NCBI GenBank assembly: GCA_002269645.1
Contig: NIVC01003944.1
Span: 4,476 to 68,475 of the forward strand
DNA length: 64,000 bases
Direction of reading: 5' to 3'
From: Macrostomum lignano
Lineage: Eukaryota
Shown: positions 31,321 through 64,000 of the stretch, piece after piece
How positions within the stretch are numbered: position 1 is the first letter of the stretch
Layout: each line of letters begins with the position of its first letter
The notes under the pieces: generated by a model
Databases searched by the model: none
What the model was told of the DNA's origin: nothing
The model's input: only the letters and a program-made list of their open reading frames with translations
Program-made: the position numbers and the translations under genes

Positions 31321-31630
31321 AGCGTTAATCTAGAGTAGTGGCTAGATCGTCGGACTCACGACTGAAAGGTCGGGGGTTCGATTCCCAACCCACTCAGAAC
31401 AATTTGTGTCATTGAGCAAGACACTTAACTCTGCATTGCTTCAGTTCACCCAGCTGTAAAATGGGGGCCAGCATTAGCTGGGTTAAACTGAGGGTGTGTG
31501 TCCTTGGACCCCCCCCCCCCAGTCCTTGGACTGAACAGCCGTACGCAGCCTTCACATGCGCTGCGCAATAGCTGCGGCTGAGCTAGCTGTCGGTCTGGCC
31601 ATTGGGGCAGGTGTGTAATCTTGTGTAATC
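31321..31630 (+). mobile_element. Near full-length tRNA-derived SINE with CORE/Meta-like central domain
   Basis: A-box-like TAGTGGCTAG, B box GGTTCGATTCC, central GAGCAAGACACTTAACTCTGCATTGCTTCAGTTCACCCAGCTGTAAAATGGG, and a TGTAATC-repeat tail. A second copy lies at 198-463. Confidence 0.85.
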
Positions 31631-31761
31631 TCTTGCAAACAAAAACTCTTGCAACTCTGCATCACTTTACTTCACCTTGGCACACTTTAAGCTCGTATTC
31701 CATCCCACCCAGAGTTATCAGCCAGGAACGTATAATCCATTTCAGAACCCTAGCTCCGCCA

Positions 31762-42154
<10,393 letters not shown>

Positions 42155-42539
42155 AGCAGGCCAAATATCTTGAGCCAATTTCTGAAAAACAGTTACAATT
42201 CATCACTTTCATGTACAAAGTACACGTACATTATTTGAGAGTTCCAGAACCCAGAACGCAGTAAATAATTAAAATATTTTTGCAGCCTTTTTATACAGTA
42301 AGTTTAAATATTTCTCTAGTGTGAATATTTGTGCTGGATTTCGTTTTTTGATTGCTTAATTAATTTCAATACGCGTATATTTGATTAATAGCAGTATCAT
42401 TTCTAATTGATGTACTTCACATGTAAACATACATGTTTAACAAGTTACATACGTATGTACTTTGAACATGTACCTTTATTTAAATTGCAGCTAATACATT
42501 TTCACGCCAAACTAAGCGTGTACACATGCTTAATTTATG

Positions 42540-43755
42540 CATATCTTAATGCTGACTTACTTGTACTTGACTTAGCTGCAGGGTGATCCGTAGACACAGT
42601 GGGGAGGCGAGGGTCGCCCATTCCGATAACACCTGAAAGCCCGCAAACAAGCAGAGGCGTGGGGCCGGTCAGGGTGGTCCGCGCGCCGGTCCGTCCTACA
42701 GTGTGATCTTCCGTAGGGATCAAGAACGTGGCTCGTCTTGTCGCCCTGAGAAACTGGATGAGTCGTGGGATGCTGTCGGGCTGGCAGACCTCGTCAATGG
42801 ACTCTGACGCCGGTCTCTGATAAAGAATTAAGGGCAGTGACAGACAAAGAGCTGAGCATCTTCATTGTCGTATTCGCAAAAGAGGCAAAGTTCACTCTTG
42901 AGGTCGCCTCGGAGGAAACAGCTGCCTGGCGAGGTAGCCATGGCCGGGATATAGGTCATGACGAGGGCGCGAATATTCTACCGGTTTCGTTCAGAAGGAT
43001 GTTTCTGAGCCTGCGAGGAGGGCACGGAACCGCAGCACGTGATTGTCGGAAGTTCTGGGCGCCCGCATCAGTCACGTGAAGGGAATCAGCCCAGTCATCC
43101 ATCTTAAGATTGATGACTGGTAGAAGAGATAGGCAGGGACCAGGGGCTCTGGGTGTAGGAGGGAGCCATGCAGAGCCGCCCCTTTTGGCGAGGGTGTCTG
43201 CCAACTCGCTCCGGGAACCCTGCGTGTCCTGGATCTACTTCAGCCTGACAGTATTGCTATCCAGGAGGTTGAGCTGCCGGGCGTAGTCGGCGACTGACGA
43301 TGACTATATATAGTCCCTCCACTCGTACCATTTGGCATTCAGCTCTGCAGCGTAGAAGCTGATAGCAAGGACTTCGTTCTGGAAGACCGTGGAGATTGCC
43401 AGTGTGCTGGGCATGCATGGCAGTGACGCGGCCATTGATGATGATCGTAGCAGTCTTTATGATGGATCCGTCCGTGTAACAATGGGCCTCCTGGCTCCTG
43501 CATGGAAATTCCAGTGGTCAGTGGCAACATCACTTGAAGGGATGGTGACCTTGTAGCGCTGAGAGGTTGTTAGTGCGAGACGCGCCGTCAGATAAGACGT
43601 GGAGCTCACCGCGCCGTCTCTCCAAGTCTTTGAGGCAGAGTCAGCGTGAGGCGGAGCTTGTGCTTAGCCATGGGCCCTGTGGGCAGGAAACGAAAGCCGG
43701 TGTAAATCAGTCTTAGCAGATTCCTTGCGGACAAAGATATCCAGCGGGGGGGATG
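42540..43755 (-). mobile_element. 5'-truncated, frameshifted non-LTR retrotransposon (RNase H-bearing; I/Loa/R1-group-like), 3' portion
   Basis: Minus-strand pieces read CYTDGS (43481-43464), ISTVFQNEVLAI (~43396-43361), LADTLAKRG and GHGYLARQ, and end in IPRLIQFLRAT. These are broken across frames. There is a simple-repeat-like tail near 42540-42570. Confidence 0.75.
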
Positions 43756-44727
43756 TCAAGGAAGGCGTTGAGGCATATCATCTAATCCTTCAAGATTAAT
43801 TCCCCAATCGATATACAGTATTTGGTCCATATCGAATACAATCAAAATTGGAAATGTCGCTTCCTCAAAAGCGCAACATGCAAATATAGGATTCCTTGTC
43901 ATAAACACAAGGCCATGGGCCAAGATTTTTAACCTTAGAGACAAGGCTAAATAGGTGGTAAGGAAATACTAATTGAAATAAGATTTTTTAATGTTGCCTT
44001 TCACCATAATGCTTAAAGTGAGATTTGAAATTAATTGCAACAAAGATGAGGTAAGAGCAACAAATTACGGTTATGTAAGATGCAGATGCAGAATTTTGGT
44101 CAATAACTTTAAAAATTCTGAAATTTAAGCCCTAACTATCAATAGATGGGAAAGCTATGCAGCATAAAATAAAAACTTACACCATTTTTTAACGCGTTGC
44201 GTTTTTAACGACTTTGCTTCTCTTCTTTTGCGATGAAAAAAATAAGAGCACTTTTTTGAAAATATAAACATACGCAATTCATCATTGGCTGGAATTTTTC
44301 AGCAAATTTCTATATAACTACTTGAGACATGAAATCAGCTGGATGTGATTAAAGCGACAAAGAAACAAAGAATAATTATCTACTCAGCTCCCAAGTTGTA
44401 GAGTGACGTGGTGAATATAGCTTAGAGGCACTGTACTGTAGTACTGTACCTGTAGTAGCATATCAACTTGAGCTCTCGAGTCCAGAGTCCATTGGACATA
44501 ATTTTAATCTTATTAGGCACTTTATTTGTTGAAATATTGAATGAACTACGTTTAGAATTTTGTTGCAAAAATGGCTCTTCAATATGCTAATTTGTTTTTT
44601 TACTTCAACTAATTCATAGTAATAGCTTTAATTATATTTCATTTTGACCCTCAAAGCTCAACCAGCAGCTTTGTCAGGCACCCCTAAGGTGGGTACCACT
44701 TTTTGAAAGAAATTTGATCTTCTGTTT

Positions 44728-56929
<12,202 letters not shown>

Positions 56930-57525
56930 CCGCAGGCGCACTGCGGGGAGCGGATGCCGCCGCGCCCCCGAGACAGCGTTTTGCGCGAAAATTGACCTGA
57001 AATATCCCATCTGTCTCTCTCTCTCTTATCCCATGGTCTCTCTCGCCCAGTTAAATTGACTCTCACACTCACGGCCTCGCCTTGGCCCTCTGTGTGTTCT
57101 GCCACCCACCATCCATACTCTTCTGTTATATTATTACTTTAAACGAAAATCGTGTACTGAACCCCGCGTTACTTACTATTATATAATAGTGTCACCTTAT
57201 CTTTCTGTGTGTATGTTATTTTCTGTGTCAGTTGCGCAACATCTTTGACACAGTCTGTTGGTTTTCCTGTGTGTTTTGCAATTTTTTAAAAAAAAGAAAA
57301 TGATTTTCTATATGAATCTGTAGCGAACTAATATTATAAATATTATTTAATGATGCTCTTACTGCGCTTTTATAATCCGAATAGTTGATGTCTGAACACC
57401 ATTCGGCTCTGGACGCAAGCTTATTGCATAAGTCTGTGCTGTTGCAATGCTCAGACAGACAGAGACACAATGACCAGTACAGTTGTAGAAATTTATATAG
57501 AATATCTTTATTTATCTCAGTTCAT

Positions 57526-57742
57526 GGCCGACCTGTAAATTGTGGTAGACCAGGGTTAAGTCACAAAAATCCCAAAAGAATACAAACGGTAGTACTAATT
57601 ATATGACGAAGCATTTCGCTTTAATAATACAGTCATAGTTACTCCTGCCGTTTACCCCAAATTTTTCACAGGTAAGTCGATTTTTTTTTATCAAAAAGTA
57701 GGTCACATGGCCAGTGTAAATCAGAGTGGCTGCGCATGTATG
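57526..57742 (+). mobile_element. Diverged copy of the 28S-bearing MITE lacking a recognisable left TIR, downstream of the GNAQ stop
   Basis: Collinear with 47541-47837: GGCCGACC, AAGTCACAAAAATCCCAA, TAGTACTAA, the rRNA-derived core at 57629-57657, and the right TIR remnant GCGCATGTATG. Confidence 0.85.
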
Positions 57743-60700
57743 AAATCTAAACAATGCTACGCTAGGGCCTAATATCGCTTACTTGTGTGTGTGTCTCATT
57801 GTCCGAGCTTTGTTCAGCGCACACCTAACCGCGTTTTAAGCCAGCCAACTCTATGCAATAAGTCAATATATTTTATTTTACCCTACTCTTATTTTCTATT
57901 CTGTATGGTTGGTACCGCCGCTGTGCCCTGTCAGCTTAGAAGTTTTTAAAGACACTCAATTTTTCTAATTAATATCTATCTATCCTTGACAACTTGTTTG
58001 CTTTGCTTGGCTTCTTTAGTCTTTACACAAGCAACTGTTACACGTTAATAAGTAATTGGCCGGCCTCAGCCATTAACTTGTCTGTGTTATTTAGCACCTG
58101 TGTCTCCGGCATTGTTTTTATAGTTATATTCATGTTATGCATATATATATTTATTTATTTATAATGATCAGCTCTCTAGTCTCCGCCATGCACCGTTTCT
58201 ACTATCGGTTTATAATTACTATTTTAATATTATGTATCCCCGCGGCTGCTCAGCTCCATCACCGCCTGGTCCCAGCAGCCTACTCTTCTCTCCCCTACCC
58301 TCCCTTGTAGCTAGCTACCCCTAAGCTAAAAAAAACTCAAGTAGAAATGATAGATATAAGCCCTATCCAGTAAATCTGTCTGTGTGTGTCTGCTTTTCCC
58401 TTTAACTGTTTCAATCCCGCTTCCTATAAATTACAACCCCCTCGCTACGGCCCCGTGTATATGTAAGAATACTACATATTCGCAGTTACACGTGTTCCCT
58501 GTGTATTTATTATAGAAAACTACTGTTCTTTGTTTCAATTAAAAAGAAAATTTAGCATCTCCGTTATTTGTTAACAATCTTTGTAGACAGACATATTAAC
58601 AGGCCAATATTATTATTATCATTACTATTCTTATTGTTAGCTTTCCTATATTTATATCGAATAAATTTAAGTCGCTTTTTTAGCCTTTTTCGTGCTCAGA
58701 CACCAACTGCCCACCGCCCGTTCATCCCAACCAACATTTGTTTCTCCATTCAGTCTCCGCTAGTCAGAAAGCAAATTCAGAGGCTATTTTCGGTGTTGTT
58801 TAATTCTCTTCTAGTTACATTTTTTATTGCGATTCAGCCCGCCCGCCGACTGCCCTCGTCTGTCTCAAATCTCTTTTGCAAATTCGTGTGTTTTTTCTCT
58901 CTCCGATTCTTAACTACGACTTGTTGCGCCTCTCCCCGGACTGGGAGGCGGAACTGGATTTCTATATATAATCTTATTATTAAAGCTATTTACTTGGATT
59001 ATACAATGCTAATAGTCGCACGCTTCAAACTGTGTTCCGGATAGTGCTAAGGCGCTGATTTTAATTAATTAATTAATGCCGCATTGTCGCTAGCAATATA
59101 AACCCGATCTGTGTTTTTTTGTACGCGGTTAAGCCAGGCAAACCACTTTGGACATTTTTTTATTCAAGATTAATCGCTCTGTACTGTATTGAATACAAAA
59201 TTAATAATAGCCGTGGTTTTGTGTATATACGCATAACAGTTGAGTTATTATATAATACGTAACCCAGAGGATAACAGATTAGAAAGCTTATTATAAGATA
59301 TTTGGGTGTGAATTTGCGTTTGAACTGGTTCTCTCTTTAATAGTTAATATTATACATCCGTCTTATACTTGAAATCATTGTACTGGTATACTTATATTGT
59401 CTATCTCTTGGCCCTTATATATATATAAATACTTTTACTACGCACTAAACTATAACGTGCAAGCGCTAATCAGTTTTGTCACGCAGCACCGATCGGGTTT
59501 TACTGACGCATTAAAATTGAAAGCAAACTTAAATAAATGGATATCTATTTGCCGTGTTACCAAGAATCTAATACAAAAGCTTGACAAAGTTTCACTTCGA
59601 TTTTGTCGTTGGCTAATGTTTTAATTATTTGATTAATTTTCATTATTCACAAGTCTCTGAACTGTTATAGGCATCCCTGTGCGTGCATTGAGTTTGTTTC
59701 CAAATTTAGCACTAGAAAAAACCCGATCAGGGTGTGGTTGGTTGCGGCATAATGCCCCCTTGTCTGCTTTCACTTTTCATCCCTGTCCCCAAAATTCACA
59801 TGCCGGCTATTGCAGCCTGGATAAACGATAAAGGAATAAGTGGCATGCAGGCTGCTGTCCGTCTCAGGGCTGCTGCATTAGCTCCAATACCTGCCTTATT
59901 TCTTTCGCCTCCGTCTGTGCGCGCCCCGCCCTTTCTCTTTTCTCCTCGTATCATTCCCATCTCTTGCTCCGGGATGCCCCAGTACGCCTCCGCCCATTCT
60001 CTGCCCTCGCTGTCTACTCTTCCATGCTCTCTCTCCTCTTCATCAGCCAGCGCTGCCCTGCCTCTCATTTTTCTCCTTCCCATCTCCCTGCTTTAATCTG
60101 AGACGGATTTTCGGCGCATTAGTGCAACGCCCAGCTAAGGCAGCCCTTCATTCTCCTCATTTTCCTTCTCAAGCCCCCGACAGGCTGCTCGGCGCATTAC
60201 ATTCGGGGGGGTTAGGAGCTGAGATAGGTCCTGTATAGCACAGCTGAATCTGCCGAGTACAGGCTTGCCGTCCATCTCTTCCTTCTTTCGCCTTTCCTGG
60301 CTGCCACAATTCCCCCGCCTCAATACTTGCTCCTTCCGCAAGCCCTCAGTGTAGTGAATGGAATTGCTGCCTGGCCCGGGTGCTCTACAGGGCTGCTCAG
60401 CCACCCCCCCCTTTCGACTCACTCCGCCGCTGCACCACCTCACCGCCTGGCAAGGATAGAGGGAGCGGATTAGGCTAGAAGGAATAAGATACGAAGCCTT
60501 GCTCTGTCCTCCGTTCCCTCCGTTCCCTCTCACACTCTCCTTCCCACTCTTCGCCATTTGCCCGTTAAAGTTCTTTTTTTTCTACTAGCCCTCGGCCGCT
60601 ACTCTGCCACCACTTCCCACTATTTCTGCCCCTTGCTGGCGCCTAGTAATAAGATAGAGGAGAAGGCGCATTCCATGAATGATTTTCCTGTTCTCCTCCT

Positions 60701-61448
60701 CCCCCGGCTCCCTTCCTGCGCCTGCGCCGTACGGACCGGGCTGCCTCTTCTCGCACTGTATTGAGGCCAGCCAAGAAAGCATTGAGGGCATCCACCCCCT
60801 TCCCTCTCCCTCCCTCCCCCTGTCTTAGTGTGAAGGCCTGGGCGATTGCGCTGCTGCACATGGCCTGACTGTACAGTGCACTGTGTGTGTGTGTGGGCCG
60901 GCTTGCTCGCACAGCTTTGATAAGGGGAGTCAAGGGAAAGGCTACTCCGTCTCTGCCGGACCCTCAGAACCCCCTCCCCCCCTCTCTCTCTCTGATGCCT
61001 CCTTTACCATTCGGCAGCTGCTCTCTTTGGCCCTGGGTGCTGCTGATCTTTCTCTCACTCTGCATCCGCCCTGATCCTGCCTTCATTATCCTTCTGTTTT
61101 ATACCTTTAAGAGAGCAAAATAGGTCACGTTGGGGCAGTAAAGCAGTTTTCAGAAAATAGAAAAAATTGGGCGTTGTTGGCCTCTCGCGGATAAGTGAAA
61201 AATTAGGAATTCGTGGAAAACAGAAGCACTTTGGTTTGCGGGGGATTTTCTGAGCAATCCCCGGCAAAATCCTGCATCAATGGTGGGGCCGGCCTGCGGG
61301 TGGGAGGGGTCCCCGCAGATCCCGCCTTGAGCTGGGTGTGGCTCTCGATGGGTGGCGACTTGAAGAAGAAGTCTCATTTCTCCGCCCAAAATGCAACAAC
61401 ACTCTGCCACTCCCATCTCCCTTTGCCTCCCGGCTCCACGCCCCAAAA

Positions 61449-61489
<41 letters not shown>

Positions 61490-63504
61490 AGTGAATTCGC
61501 AAAACTGCTTGCTGGCCCGTTCGTTGGCTTGAAGCAGAAAAAACAAAGGAAGAAGACAAATAAGAAAGGCGGAGCCCAGTTTTGCGTGGCCCGACTCGAG
61601 CAGATGAGCAGCAGTTTGCATTGAGTCCCTTTTTTACCGTTTTTTCCTTTGTCTAATCTGCCTCTCCCATCTGCACTGAAGCTGCATGCCTCTCCTACTT
61701 GGCAAGGCTGTGTGGCAGGCAGAAACCTGTACCATGCCTCCTATACATGCCATGGTTTCCAAGTGCTCTCCCCCCCCCCCCAAACAGCCTCTTTATCTGG
61801 TGGAATGCGCAGATATGCGCGCAACTGCCCAGCAGCCAACAATAATGCCTGTATATACGCATAGAAGTATTGCAATAGTTTGTATATCAGACCCGTTCGC
61901 AGTTGCGTCTGTATGTATGTCTGTGCAGCAGCAAGCCATCAATGCAGCTTTAGCTCTGGCACACATGATGGGAGCTGCGGCGGAGGCAGGCCGCCGGCCC
62001 TGTTTTGCAGTTAATCTTGCCATAGCGTGAATGCTGAATTTTGTCAATTTTGCTGCGTAAATTTACACTATATATAGTTAGTTTTATTTTATAGTTCTGG
62101 GGCGTTTCTGGCGCGATTCAAGACGCAGCATTTCTTTGCTTAGAAATAAGTTTCCATAGTCCATCGTGTTTTTGCTCCATGTAGGATTTATATAATATTG
62201 CCATTGAGCTAACAAAATTAGCTATCAGGTGCTCAAAGTGCTAACCCTGTACTCAATGACACTGTTTGGCAGCGCTCCAAGTTGCTGTCTCGGGTGCTGC
62301 ATATTCTCACACCTATATTAGGCAATTACGAAACTGTCTGGCTAGTTATTGGGGACAGGGACTTCTTCGTAATGCTGCTGCACCGCGCTTACGCACTGCA
62401 CTACCGAACTAGCTAGCGTATTCATGGAACCTGTTCGTTCATCATCATTGCCGATCTAAGGATGGGGGTGCCATAAAAAAGGCCTCTCTAAATGTTCACA
62501 TAGTTGCATGCAGTGTTCTCGCTGGTAGGCAGCAGCCCTGCACGATGGCTAAGCTGAGGAGAGACAGGAGATAGAAGGGAGAAAAAAGAAGGGAAAGAAA
62601 TTCAAATGCGCAGTATAGTGAGGGATAACTGCGCTATCTGTACCGCGCGATGCACTGCTTTGGCAATAGAAGAGAATGCGAGGGGTAGGATAGGAGAGTA
62701 AGGGGAGAGGGAGAGTGGAGTGGCGGGAGCGAGAAGGTGGGCAGCAGCCGGAGCGGGGGTTGGTGGTGGCGTGGAATGCGATCAATGCGCAAAAGTGCAG
62801 GTCGCCCCAATGCTCGGGATCGGCGCTTCGTATCGCCGGCCTCCGCTCCCGTCCCACTCGTGTTCCTCTTCCTTCTCTCCTCTCCCCTCCTCCCCCAGCT
62901 CTCTTCCGTCTCCTCTCCTCGTTGCTTTCCCTCCCCATTTTCTGCTTTGGGCGTGGATGAGGCAAAGCAGCGATCAGGGTGTGTCACCCCAGCAACTGGG
63001 CTCGAGCCGGTCGGGCGTCCCATCCATGTAGAGGGCTGCCGTGCAGGGCAGAGTGCGGGATGCCGAGGCGGAGAAATGTTTTTGGCGTCGGCTGGCGGCC
63101 AGATAGCAAAATGCCGATTTGTCTACTGGTTTGCTGTGAGTAGTGCGTGAGGAAAAATGAGCAGCATTTTTTCTTGAATTTTTTTCGGCTACGAGCTGGG
63201 GCGCACAATAAGCTAGTGCGCATGTGTATTTAAATACGATGGACACAAGTGCGTCAAGGAACTGCGTGATGTAACAACGATCCAATGCAGTTGTTTAAGG
63301 TGTTATATCATGCGTGCAAAAAACCATTTTAAACAAACGATGATTAGCGTTGGCTATAAATATAAATAAAATACCGGTAGAACTACGGTATAAAAACGTT
63401 CATACAATAGTTTAAGCTTTGCAGAAGAATTAATTAAGAAATTAGGACTTTGCTTTCAGGGTGGATTGAGCTTTGAGTTAGATTTGCTCATCAATTGATG
63501 AGCC

Positions 63505-63822
63505 AGATTTGCAGGTGCATTGAGGAGCCATGCAGATTTGCAGGTGCATTGAGAAGCCATGCAGATTTGCAGGTGCATTGAGGAGTCGTGCAGATTTGCA
63601 GGTGCATTGAGGAGCCATGCAGATTTGCAGGTGCATTGAGGAGCCATGCAGATTTGCAGGTGCATTGAGGAGCCATGCAGATTTGCAGGTGCATTGAGGA
63701 GCCATGCAGATTTGCAGGTGCATTGAGGAGCCATGCAGATTTGCAGGTGCATTGAGGAGCCATGCAGATTTGCAGGTGCATTGAGGAGTCGTGCAGATTT
63801 CCAGGTGCATTGAGGAGCCATA
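63505..63822. repeat. 29-bp minisatellite (GCAGATTTGCAGGTGCATTGAGGAGCCAT), ~11 units
   Basis: Read directly; the 29-aa periodicity of the overlapping ORFs equals 3 units. Confidence 0.95.
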
Positions 63823-64000
63823 TGCTAGCAAAAAACCACTTCAACTTTTTTGCATTGAGGAGCCAGTGAAATATCATAAAAATTCATTAAAAAGCTTGTT
63901 TATCGCTCGCGAATTTTCCGGTCCAAAAACTGATCGCATAGCTAATACGATGCACTATCGAATTCTTAATGAAGCAAGGCATGCCTCAACTGGCAGTTGT

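Noticed and set aside
31330-31400. tRNA gene
   Set aside because: The A/B boxes are present but a cloverleaf acceptor stem is not evident, and the sequence continues into a SINE body repeated at 198-463.
43756-43944. 62-aa minus-strand ORF next to the LINE
   Set aside because: No ATG start, no recognisable motif and no clear splice partners.
59724-62983. 13-bp direct repeat CGATCAGGGTGTG (59724, 62971) as the TSD of a 3.2-kb insertion
   Set aside because: Chance 13-mer matches are expected many times in 64 kb, there are no TIRs, LTRs or tail, and the right copy is not at the composition boundary.

Overview
Eukaryotic (metazoan) genomic DNA with GC-rich exons and AT-rich introns that are often largely filled by a tandem array. 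This style resembles the free-living flatworm Macrostomum; the organism is inferred, not proven. I assembled five spliced genes by hand from GT-AG sites and reading-frame continuity: (1) the 3' end of a DC-STAMP-domain/RING gene of the DCST1/2-sneaky-spe-42 family (+, up to 2280); (2) MTHFR (-, 5 exons, ~674 aa); (3) a low-complexity RGG protein, possibly a divergent LARP4, with two apparent alternative first coding exons (-, 15976-22951); (4) a DTHD1-like ZU5/UPA-type/death-domain gene (+, 10 exons, ~912 aa); (5) G-protein alpha q (+, 5 exons, 358 aa). Also present are about 20 mini/microsatellite arrays, tRNA-derived SINEs, a decayed RNase H-bearing LINE, several MITEs with TIRs and TSDs, and an interstitial (TTAGGG)5. 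The most unusual feature is a hAT-type MITE family that carries a ~64-nt piece of the 28S rRNA helix 69-71 region (the R2/I-PpoI target region). Two otherwise diverged copies share an identical 29-nt core, and a third copy has lost essentially every CpG. Most long ORFs in the supplied track are repeat artefacts or antisense shadows of real exons.
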